From assembly GCA_050013255.1 (NCBI GenBank), contig JBEKFP010000003.1:32001-96000 (forward strand): DNA of 64,000 nucleotides. The letters run 5' to 3'. Numbering within the stretch: the stretch's first letter is position 1; the number at the start of each line of letters is the position of its first letter. Shown one piece after another: positions 39,182 through 47,666 of this stretch. Under the pieces are notes generated by a model. That model searched no databases. It saw only the letters and a program-made list of their open reading frames with translations, and was not told where the DNA came from. The position numbers and the translations under genes were made by a program. The stretch comes from Candidatus Bathyarchaeia archaeon. Its GTDB lineage: Archaea > Thermoproteota > Bathyarchaeia > 40CM-2-53-6.

Positions 39182-39988
39182 CTAGCTCGCTTGCTGCGTC
39201 CTGCAGTGAGGGCAGAACTTCGCGCTTTCCGGTACAGCCCCGCCGCAAGTTACACATTTTCTAGTTGGTGACTGGGGCTTCAGAAGGGCAAGAATCTGGT
39301 CTTCATATTGTGCTTGGTCTTGGAAATGTTGATTGTAATCTTTCAACAATGTGTAGAACCAATATGTCCAGAAAAGCCCCCCTGTTATCGCGGTCAGTAT
39401 AATGAAAAGTAACGGGTCTCTCTTGTGAGGCCTAGACGGAGGAAGAGTTGGAGGTACGATGCCTGCCTCGTTTAGGGCTCCGAGTATGGTTGTTTGGTAG
39501 TTGGCCTGAAGTTCCTCGTGTCCGCGCAAGTCCTGGGTAAGGTTGAAGGCCACAATCAGGCCGACAATTGGTGTCACAAACAGGTACAGTACAGACCAAA
39601 GACCTGCTGGCCGATCGCGTTCTTCTAATATTGATTCCTCTGACGATTGCCAGAGGCGGAAGGCATTTTCGTTCCCGGGTACCCCTGTTTTCGAAGTTAA
39701 GTATTTTTGAAGAGTCGAAAAGAGCCGTTGCTGTCTCCTGAAATGGCCGTTTCTTCTTTCAATCATGTAGTAGATAGCGAAAGCTCCAAACGCGAGTATG
39801 ATGTAAAATGATACAATTGCGAAACCGTATATCGCAAGAATCTCGCCCGCTGCGGGAATGGCACTTTCAGGCTGCTGAAGGCTGCCAATTCTCGAGACCA
39901 CCGAGACAAGGATTCCGATCAATGAAACTGCGAGGCCAATTCCGACTAAAATCGGTAGTAAGGGCACAACCATCCATATGTAGCCCAT
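39182..39988 (-). CDS. DUF4234-like membrane protein with C-terminal zinc ribbon
   Basis: ITGGLF..YW; CVTCG..AKFCPHC; frame open upstream to CTG 40042. Confidence 0.75.
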   Translation of the reverse strand: MGYIWMVVPLLPILVGIGLAVSLIGILVSVVSRIGSLQQPESAIPAAGEILAIYGFAIVSFYIILAFGAFAIYYMIERRNGHFRRQQRLFSTLQKYLTSKTGVPGNENAFRLWQSSEESILEERDRPAGLWSVLYLFVTPIVGLIVAFNLTQDLRGHEELQANYQTTILGALNEAGIVPPTLPPSRPHKRDPLLFIILTAITGGLFWTYWFYTLLKDYNQHFQDQAQYEDQILALLKPQSPTRKCVTCGGAVPESAKFCPHCRTQQAS

Positions 39989-40148
39989 CCTTCGATCGGT
40001 CGAAGAACGCCTCCGTATCAGTTCTTCTACCTGTTGAATCAGTAATTGGGGCTGGATTGACGTCTTTATACCCCCAACCTTGACCGTGATACCTCTAGGG
40101 ATAATCTCATAATGCTCATCGGTACTATTCTTGGTGGGGTTTAAGTCA

Positions 40149-40385
40149 TTGCCGAAGGCTTTCGTCTTTATGAATATTGACGCTGGCTCAGAGAATGAGA
40201 TTCTAAAGGACCTACGTCAAGTTCCCGAGGTTAAGGAATCCTATTTCGTATACGGCGTCTACGACATAGTGGCAAAGATTGAAACAGATTCAATGGATCG
40301 CCTGAAAGAAGTCATCACCTGGAAAGTCCGCAGGCTGGACAAGATTCGATCCACCCTGACTACCATTGTCAGCGAAGGCAAATAG
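40149..40385 (+). CDS. Lrp/AsnC ligand-binding domain protein
   Basis: AFVFMN, VYGVYDIVAK, STLT. Confidence 0.9.
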   Translation: MPKAFVFMNIDAGSENEILKDLRQVPEVKESYFVYGVYDIVAKIETDSMDRLKEVITWKVRRLDKIRSTLTTIVSEGK

Positions 40386-40431
40386 TACTCCTAGTTCCGC
40401 CTTGGACCGATTCTAGGCGGGGGGCTTAGAG

Positions 40432-41589
40432 TCAACGGTAGGGGAGGAACTCTTTGCCAAGCAATTCGCGGGCGACAACGATTTTGTTAATGTCCGTTGT
40501 TCCGTCCCCGATCATTGCCCCACGTATTTCTCTCAATCTGTATTCGTCCAGGCATTGAGTCGTGAAACCGATTGCGCCTCGATTTTGTAGGCAGTCGTTT
40601 ACGATTTCGAAGCATAGTTGCGGCACGTACCATTTGATCATGGCTGAGTACTTCGTTATCTTCTCACCCTTGTCCTTAGACCAAAGCGTCCTGTAACAGA
40701 GCAGCTTGGCGGCTTCAAGCTTTGTGTAACCTTCAACAATTCGGGATTGGACTGATTCATATTTCCCGATAGGTCGCCCGAAGGCTGTACGTTGCTTCAC
40801 GTACTCGATATTTTCGTCTATGGCCGCTTCGGTCATGCCAACGCACCATACTGCTATCAGCGATCGCATGAGGTCGAAAGTTTCCATCACGTAATAGAAT
40901 CCTTTGCCTTCCTCCCCAATCAAGTTGGCAACTGGAATCGCTACGTCCTTCAACACGAAACCTCCGAAGGAGAACAACTTCCACCCGAGTGCTTCAAGGT
41001 CATACCTTTCGATTCCCGGCCTGTTCATCTCAACGAAAAACATGCTAACGCCCTTTGCTCCACCCTCTGGGTCCGTCTTAGCGAGAACACAATAAGCTCC
41101 ACATTCGTTTATGCCAGTGATGCACTGTTTCTCACCATTCAGCACATAGTTATCCCCTTTCCGAATTGCACGCGTGGTAATGGAAGCAGCATCTGACCCC
41201 GCGGAGGGTTCCGTGTTCGCGATTCCAAGCATTCTTTCACCCTTCGCCATCGCTGGCAGCCACTCCCGTTTCAAGTTCTCCGGTCCATGCAACGACAAAA
41301 TCTCCCCCATGATATCGCCCAGCGGAATCTGCCATCCTGCACGAGCGAGTTCCTCCACGAGAATTCCCATAGTGACTGCGTCAGCTTCCTGCCCGCCATA
41401 CTGCTTGGGAAACCTCAAGCCCAAGAGGCCATTCTGGCCCATTTTACGGTAGAGTTCCCAAGGAAATTCGCCCTTTCGTTCCGCATCTCTAATTTTCGGT
41501 GCGACCTCCTTCTTGGCAAACTCTCGAACAGTTCTACGGAAAAGTTCCTGCTCTTCGCTAAAGTCAAAATCGAGAGGCATTTCGCTCAC
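40432..41589 (-). CDS. Acyl-CoA dehydrogenase
   Basis: TEPSAGSD, LNGEK, R.AFGRPI, IGDGT. Confidence 0.95.
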   Translation of the reverse strand: MSEMPLDFDFSEEQELFRRTVREFAKKEVAPKIRDAERKGEFPWELYRKMGQNGLLGLRFPKQYGGQEADAVTMGILVEELARAGWQIPLGDIMGEILSLHGPENLKREWLPAMAKGERMLGIANTEPSAGSDAASITTRAIRKGDNYVLNGEKQCITGINECGAYCVLAKTDPEGGAKGVSMFFVEMNRPGIERYDLEALGWKLFSFGGFVLKDVAIPVANLIGEEGKGFYYVMETFDLMRSLIAVWCVGMTEAAIDENIEYVKQRTAFGRPIGKYESVQSRIVEGYTKLEAAKLLCYRTLWSKDKGEKITKYSAMIKWYVPQLCFEIVNDCLQNRGAIGFTTQCLDEYRLREIRGAMIGDGTTDINKIVVARELLGKEFLPYR

Positions 41590-41820
41590 GGTTTCAGTTC
41601 TGGTTTACCATGCGTTGGCCTCTTAAGGTTGACTAGCAAACGGGTGAGCTCAAAGAGATGGCCTTCAGACAGTGCGATGCCGTTCCCCTCGGTGGGGTCA
41701 ACCGTCCACTAACTTTTCAGCCAGTCTTGTTCTTGAATCACAAGGACTCGAAAGGTATCAACTGAATTGGTTAGTTACAGGGTAGATTTATAACGAAAGA
41801 GAACTTGTTGGCTCTCGCTC

Positions 41821-42228
41821 GTGCAAGAGGTCCGAATTTTGGACGAGCTTGAGCAAATACGCGAAAAGAAATTACGTGAGCTGATTGGGCAAATGTCAAC
41901 ACCGAACATAGACAAACCGATTGTTGTTAGTGACAGGAACTTTGACCAAACGGTCAAGAATTACCCTCTAATTGTAGTTGATTGCTGGGCGGCCTGGTGT
42001 GCTCCATGCCGCGCAATCGCACCCGTGGTGGAGGAGCTTGCGAAGGAGTACAGCGGGAAGGTCGTGTTCGGGAAGCTGAATGTTGACGACAACCCAGAGA
42101 CTGCTGAAAAGTTTAGCATTAGGGCGATACCCACACTGCTTGTGATGAAGAACGGCAGTGAAGCGGACCGCATAGTTGGCGTACTACCTAAGAACCAACT
42201 TGAAGCGCGGATAGGGGCAGTCGCTTAG
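41821..42228 (+). CDS. trxA: Thioredoxin
   Basis: WCAPC, IPTL. Confidence 0.92.
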   Translation: MQEVRILDELEQIREKKLRELIGQMSTPNIDKPIVVSDRNFDQTVKNYPLIVVDCWAAWCAPCRAIAPVVEELAKEYSGKVVFGKLNVDDNPETAEKFSIRAIPTLLVMKNGSEADRIVGVLPKNQLEARIGAVA

Positions 42229-42345
42229 AGTTAACTGAAAACAAACTCTCTTACAATTCGTTCCGCGCCAGGCTAATTTCCTAGCAGGTCACCCAAAGCG
42301 CATCTTAAGAGCGGCCGTTCAAAATGGTGTGTTAAGGTGCCTTAG

Positions 42346-42870
42346 GTGGGAATATACGAATTTGAAGGGCGTATTCCGAAAATAGCACCCAACGCATACG
42401 TCGATGAAGACGCAAAGGTTCTGGGCGATGTTACAATAGGGCCGCAATGCTACGTTGGTCCAGGCGCTAGAATCAGGGGAGATTACGGGACGATTACAAT
42501 AGGTGAAAAAACGAGCATACAAGAAAACTGTGTCCTCCACGCAAGGATTAATGAAAAATGTGAAGTCGGCAACCACGTTCAAATCGGGCACGGGGCGCTT
42601 CTTCACAACTGCACAATCAAGGACTATGCTGTGATTGGCGTTGGCGCAATCGTGAGCGATTACGGGACCGTTGGAGTCTGGAGCATCGTAGGTGAGGGGG
42701 CAGTAGTAACTAGCAATCAAACGATTCCTGATGGTAAAGTTGCCGTCGGGGTTCCCGCGAAAGTTATTCGAGACGTTGTAGACGCGGATAAACAACTTTG
42801 GACTAAGTACAAGGAAGCGTATGCTGACCTCGCATTGCGATATCCTAAAGGCCTGAGGCGGATAAGGTAG
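42346..42870 (+). CDS. Gamma carbonic anhydrase family protein
   Basis: Hexapeptide repeats, RGD, QENCVLH, GH..LH. Confidence 0.92.
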   Translation: MGIYEFEGRIPKIAPNAYVDEDAKVLGDVTIGPQCYVGPGARIRGDYGTITIGEKTSIQENCVLHARINEKCEVGNHVQIGHGALLHNCTIKDYAVIGVGAIVSDYGTVGVWSIVGEGAVVTSNQTIPDGKVAVGVPAKVIRDVVDADKQLWTKYKEAYADLALRYPKGLRRIR

Positions 42871-42931
42871 AAACGAATCAGGTCTTCGGCAATCTTAATG
42901 TTGGAATTCCACTAAGACTACCTGATGGGCG

Positions 42932-44470
42932 ATGCCCAAAGATCTGATAGCGGTTCTTGATTTCGGAGGCCAATATTCTCACCTCATAACTCGCCGTGTA
43001 AGAGAATGTGAAGTCTATTCAGAACTACTGCCATACACAATGACATCGCAAGACATCCTGAAACTGAAAACGAAGGGCATCATTCTCTCCGGCGGTCCGG
43101 CCAGCGTATACGACGAGAATGCTCCCAAGTGTGACCCCGGGATTTTTCGGTTAGGTGTACCTGTACTGGGGATCTGCTACGGCCTGCAAGTCATGGTTCA
43201 AATGTTGGGCGGCCGTGTGAAGGCGACAAAGCGCCGAGAGTATGGAAAAACACAGCTGAACATAATTGACCACTCGGACCTGTTCCAAGGAATCAATAGC
43301 CCCATAACTTCATGGATGAGCCATGGGGATTACGCGGAAACTCTACCTGACGGCTTCGAGGTTATAGCCAGTTCAGAAAATTGCAAAACTGCCGCCATAC
43401 GGGATCCTTCACGCCGACTATACGGGGTCCAGTTTCATCCGGAGGTCGCACACACAGAGAACGGCTTGGAAATCATAAGGAATTTTGCGACGAAAACAAG
43501 CGCTTGTTCCCAAAGCTGGAATCCAAAGTCGATAATCGAAACCGCAGTTCAACAAATTCGATCCGAAGTTGGAGATGGCGACGTCCTATCGGCTGTAAGC
43601 GGAGGAGTTGACTCAACGACGACCGCAGTGCTCGTACAGAGGGCCGTCGGCAAACGGCTGACGAGTATTTTCGTAAATCACGGCCTCTTGAGAAAAGATG
43701 AAGAGAAAGTAGTCCTAAGGACTTTGGAGGACACACTCAAACTTAATGTACATTACGTGGACGCTTCCGAAAGATTTCTCAAACGTCTCAAAGGTGTGAC
43801 TGACCCTGAACAGAAGCGGAAGATTATAGGTGAAGAATTCATCAAAGTCTTTGACGAAGAGAGTTCAAAAATCGGAACCTTTCGATGGCTAGCTCAAGGA
43901 ACGCTCTACCCAGATGTCATCGAAAGCGCGGGGACTGGTAGCATCGCGGCGCGAATCAAAACTCATCACAATGTTGGAGGAATTCCAGAGTGGTCGAGGT
44001 TCAGGATTCTCGAACCACTAAGGTTTCTGTACAAGGACGAAGTTCGCAAAATTGCACGAGAACTTGGTGTCCCTGAGGCGATTGTGAACACACACCCATT
44101 TCCAGGTCCTGGTCTAGCGGTTCGGATTGTTGGTGATGTAACGGAGGAGAAGATTCGCATATGTAGAGACGCCAGCGCAATAGTGGAGGAAGTTCTAGCC
44201 AGCCATGGCCTTTACGACTCGGTCTGGCAAGCGTTCGCTATCGTGGGCGATGATCTAGTGGTCGGAGTGCTTGGCGATCAACGCCAATTAGCGCATATTG
44301 TAACTGTCCGTATCGTCAAATCATTGGACGGTATGACCGCAGACTGGGCTAGAATTTCGCCTGATGTCCTAGAGGAGCTCAGCAGCCGAATTACGGGCGA
44401 AGTGCCTGGCGTAACTTGGGTGACATACGCCATAACTTCGAAACCGCCCTCCACGATTGAGCCGGGGTAA
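42932..44470 (+). CDS. guaA: GMP synthase (glutamine-hydrolysing), fused form
   Basis: DFGGQY, GICYG, QFHPE, SGGVDS, IKTHHNVGG, KPPSTIE. Confidence 0.98.
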   Translation: MPKDLIAVLDFGGQYSHLITRRVRECEVYSELLPYTMTSQDILKLKTKGIILSGGPASVYDENAPKCDPGIFRLGVPVLGICYGLQVMVQMLGGRVKATKRREYGKTQLNIIDHSDLFQGINSPITSWMSHGDYAETLPDGFEVIASSENCKTAAIRDPSRRLYGVQFHPEVAHTENGLEIIRNFATKTSACSQSWNPKSIIETAVQQIRSEVGDGDVLSAVSGGVDSTTTAVLVQRAVGKRLTSIFVNHGLLRKDEEKVVLRTLEDTLKLNVHYVDASERFLKRLKGVTDPEQKRKIIGEEFIKVFDEESSKIGTFRWLAQGTLYPDVIESAGTGSIAARIKTHHNVGGIPEWSRFRILEPLRFLYKDEVRKIARELGVPEAIVNTHPFPGPGLAVRIVGDVTEEKIRICRDASAIVEEVLASHGLYDSVWQAFAIVGDDLVVGVLGDQRQLAHIVTVRIVKSLDGMTADWARISPDVLEELSSRITGEVPGVTWVTYAITSKPPSTIEPG

Positions 44471-44559
44471 CGATCAGAAAATCTGGCGAATAGACATAAG
44501 CCTCGCTCAAGTCAGGAGCAAAGAAAAAGAATCGGTGAAAAAAAGTTACGGTTTGTGGA

Positions 44560-44907
44560 TTACTTTGGTTTGAATGAGTGGCCGCAACCACACGTCTCGA
44601 TTGCATTCGGGTTGTTTACCCTGAAGCCTTCACCCATGACTGATTCAACATAGTCGACTTCAGATCCATCCACGTATTGCGCGCTTTGTTCGTCAACTAG
44701 AAGTTTTACTCCGTGAGCTTCAATGACATTGTCTCCGTCGGTCTGGTTGTCGAAGGCCAAACCGTACTGGAAGCCGCTGCAGCCACCGCCCGAAACATAA
44801 AGGCGCAGCCCGACGTTCTCTTTACCTTGCTTCTCTATCGCCGCTTTGACTTTCTCAGCAGCCTTCTCAGTCAACGAAATCTTCAAGGTGCTTGGGGAGT
44901 GTAGCAT
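44560..44907 (-). CDS. Fe-S cluster A-type carrier (IscA/ErpA/HesB)
   Basis: GGGCSGFQY, NPNA..TCGCGHSF. Confidence 0.95.
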   Translation of the reverse strand: MLHSPSTLKISLTEKAAEKVKAAIEKQGKENVGLRLYVSGGGCSGFQYGLAFDNQTDGDNVIEAHGVKLLVDEQSAQYVDGSEVDYVESVMGEGFRVNNPNAIETCGCGHSFKPK

Positions 44908-45039
44908 TCTAATGCACTAGGTTGCGGGTATTACGTATGGATTATTTAAGTTTAGGTCAATGAAAAACAAGACCCAAACGCATAACAAACGCCCCGCCTC
45001 CAAAGTGGGTGTTAAGCGCTTTTCGGGAGGTTTTCTTCA

Positions 45040-46176
45040 TTGACGCAGACGCTCGGCATCGTTTACAGCGACGCCTTCCAGCAGTACAATTTTGGGCCGA
45101 CCCATCCACTGAAACCTACTAGGCTGAAGTTGACCTTCGAGCTAATGAGATCAGCCAAATTACTTGCTTCGCCAAACGTGATGGTTTGCGAACCACGTGA
45201 GGCGACCTCTAATGAACTTACGCTCTTCCATGATGAAGAATATGTCAACCTAATCCATGAAGCTAGCAAGTCGGGGGAAGGGTTTCTCGATTTAGGAGAC
45301 ACTCCCGTGTTCAAAGGTTGCTACGAGGCATCAGCACTCGCGGTAGGCGCATCTCTGAAGGCGGTTGATATGGTAATGTCCGGTCAGGTAACTCATGCGA
45401 TGAACATTTCCGGTGGGCTACACCATGCTCATCCAAGCCGAGCCTCAGGTTTCTGCATCTTTAACGATCCTGCTATCTCAATCGCTTACCTGAAGAAAAA
45501 ATACTCCCTGGAGAAGATCCTCTACTTGGACGTGGATGCGCATCATGGAGATGGAGTAATGTATGGATTCTATTCAGACGCTGGTGTCTTGGACATAGAC
45601 TTCCACGAAGATGGCCACCATCTTTTTCCTGGTACTGGCTTCACGGACGAAATAGGGGAAGGTAATGCCTCCGGACTTAAGATCAATATACCCTTATCCC
45701 CCTTAACGGGCGACGAGCCGTACATGGAGTTGTTCCGGGAGATTGTTCCCGCCGCGGTAAGGAGGTATAAGCCGCAAATTCTGCTACTCCAATGTGGAGC
45801 GGATGCGCACGCAAACGACCTTCTTGCTCACTTGCAGCTCACCACCAAGGCGTACGGAGATGTCGCGAAAATCGTTCATGAATTAGCTCATGAGGTTGCT
45901 GGCGGCCGCCTCGTAGTTTTTGGCGGCGGCGGATACAACGTAGCCAATGTTGTGAGAACGTGGACGTTCGTTGCTTCTGCTCTGATTCAGTACGCGCCTC
46001 CGAGAGAGATCCCAAAGGTTTGGCAGAAGATGTTTGAAGCTCTGGTCGGGGAAAAGGCTCCGGAATGTATCAGCAGTGAGGGAGAGGCGAAGCACGTACT
46101 TTCGTCCGACGTAATCCAGAAGCAACAAGCCGAGATCCTAAAGGACCTGAAACGAAGAATACCATGTCTATCGTAG
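45040..46176 (+). CDS. AcuC/histone deacetylase family protein
   Basis: GGLHHA, GFCIFND, DVDAHHGDG, GGGGY. Confidence 0.95.
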   Translation: MTQTLGIVYSDAFQQYNFGPTHPLKPTRLKLTFELMRSAKLLASPNVMVCEPREATSNELTLFHDEEYVNLIHEASKSGEGFLDLGDTPVFKGCYEASALAVGASLKAVDMVMSGQVTHAMNISGGLHHAHPSRASGFCIFNDPAISIAYLKKKYSLEKILYLDVDAHHGDGVMYGFYSDAGVLDIDFHEDGHHLFPGTGFTDEIGEGNASGLKINIPLSPLTGDEPYMELFREIVPAAVRRYKPQILLLQCGADAHANDLLAHLQLTTKAYGDVAKIVHELAHEVAGGRLVVFGGGGYNVANVVRTWTFVASALIQYAPPREIPKVWQKMFEALVGEKAPECISSEGEAKHVLSSDVIQKQQAEILKDLKRRIPCLS

Positions 46177-46197
46177 CCTTTCATAGCAAGAGGAGTT

Positions 46198-47076
46198 TCA
46201 GGCATTCTCTGGCATTGATTCCTGCGGCTTCAGGACTCCTGTGAGGAGGTCTTTTTGAACTCGCAGATAATCCTCGGGTGTCCCAACGTCCGCCCAGTAG
46301 CCCTCATGTTTGTACCCGAAGATTGTGCCTTCCCGCATGAGCTTGGGAAACACATCCAACTCGAGCGAGGTTCGCCTTCCCTTTGGGATCTTCGCGAAGA
46401 CGGATGGGCGAATTACGTAGACGCCAGCATTTACCCAAACTTCACCAGCTGGTTGTTTTCGCGGTTTCTCAACGAAGCTTACAACTCTGTTATCATTATC
46501 GAGTTCTACGGCGCCGAACCTTGTTGGTGTCTTCGTCTTCGCTAAGACAACTGTGGCGAGCGAGTTGGACTTCTTATGCGCGTATATTAATTTGTCAAGG
46601 TCGAGTCCTGAAAAAATCACGTCGCCATTGAGGGCTAGGAAATCGGAGCTTAGCATCTGCTCAGCATTCTTGATAGCGCCTCCCGTGTCCAGTGGTTCCT
46701 TCTCGAAGCTGAAACGCAATCGTACCCCAAGCCGGTGCTCGTCCAAGTATCGCACAATTTGTTCCTGAAGGTAACCTACTGCCAATACGATCCTGTCAAA
46801 TTCGTATCGTTTCAGGTACTCAATTTGGTACTCAATCAACGCTTGGTATCCTATCGGCAGAAGAGCTTTGGGTGTTGAGAAGGAAGTCGGCCTGACCCGG
46901 GTTTCAAGCCCGCCGCACAGGATTAATGCTGTCCTTTCCGGGCGAAATTGTTCCATTCCAAGTTTCAAAAGGAATTCTGCTGTCTGGGATCGGTTGGTAA
47001 AGCGTGTACCGTCCACGAGTAAGTCCACTTTATGCATGAGCGATGGGTCTATGGTCATACTGAAACGGCGTTTCAT
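46198..47076 (-). CDS. RHH-fused NDP-sugar nucleotidyltransferase-like protein
   Basis: N-terminal KRRFSMTID..NRSQ RHH; LCGGLETR, PKALLP, EKP, WADVGTP. Confidence 0.85.
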   Translation of the reverse strand: MKRRFSMTIDPSLMHKVDLLVDGTRFTNRSQTAEFLLKLGMEQFRPERTALILCGGLETRVRPTSFSTPKALLPIGYQALIEYQIEYLKRYEFDRIVLAVGYLQEQIVRYLDEHRLGVRLRFSFEKEPLDTGGAIKNAEQMLSSDFLALNGDVIFSGLDLDKLIYAHKKSNSLATVVLAKTKTPTRFGAVELDNDNRVVSFVEKPRKQPAGEVWVNAGVYVIRPSVFAKIPKGRRTSLELDVFPKLMREGTIFGYKHEGYWADVGTPEDYLRVQKDLLTGVLKPQESMPENA

Positions 47077-47098
47077 GGCTAGCTTAGTAATACATCAT

Positions 47099-47439
47099 AG
47101 CCTTTAATTGTATTACGGTTGATTCTTGTTCGGTGTATTCTCATTGGATACATGCCCGGCTTGCGGAAGCAGGGACTTGGAATTCCTCATGTCTCACGAG
47201 CAAGCAGCTCAGATCAAATGCACGAACTGCGTAAACATTTGGTGGGGCCAAAGCTAGTCCAGAGAACAATCCGCAGCAAACTTAGCGTGCACTCTTGCCA
47301 CGAAGAATACTGGGGAAACTGCTCAATAGCAGAGAGTAACATTTTCACAGTCCTGCGGATAGGTGATACGCCGAAGGTCATACGGCGACGACTAATATTC
47401 AGTAGAGAAGTATTACCAGAAAGCCTTTAATTGTATTAC
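47099..47439. promoter_or_regulatory. Exact 18-bp direct repeat AGCCTTTAATTGTATTAC with GTAATAC boxes
   Basis: Copies at 47099-47116 and 47422-47439. Confidence 0.75.
47144..47257 (+). CDS. 37-aa CPxCG Zn-ribbon microprotein
   Basis: MDTCPACGSRDLEFLMSHEQAAQIKCTNCVNIWWGQS; paralog at 47470. Confidence 0.65.
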   Translation: MDTCPACGSRDLEFLMSHEQAAQIKCTNCVNIWWGQS

Positions 47440-47469
47440 ATTATTGTATAAAGGCTGGCGGTCATCTAC

Positions 47470-47622
47470 ATGATGCGTGTTTGTCCGGCCTGTGGGAGTC
47501 GGCGAATAGGATTGAGGCAGAGAAACACTTCGGAAGTACGAATTGAATATTTGCCTGCGTTTGAGGAGTTCACCCAAGTTGTATGCGCTAGCTGCCACAA
47601 CCTGTGGTGGGATCGCAGCTAA
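47470..47622 (+). CDS. 50-aa CPxCG Zn-ribbon microprotein
   Basis: MMRVCPACGSRRIG...VVCASCHNLWWDRS; TATAAAG ~20 bp upstream. Confidence 0.7.
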   Translation: MMRVCPACGSRRIGLRQRNTSEVRIEYLPAFEEFTQVVCASCHNLWWDRS

Positions 47623-47666
47623 GCTGGGGACGCGTGAGAGCCCACATCGCTGTGGGATATGAAGTC

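Noticed and set aside
47119-47430. 103-aa ORF from the track
   Set aside because: Overlaps a better-supported Zn-ribbon ORF in another frame.
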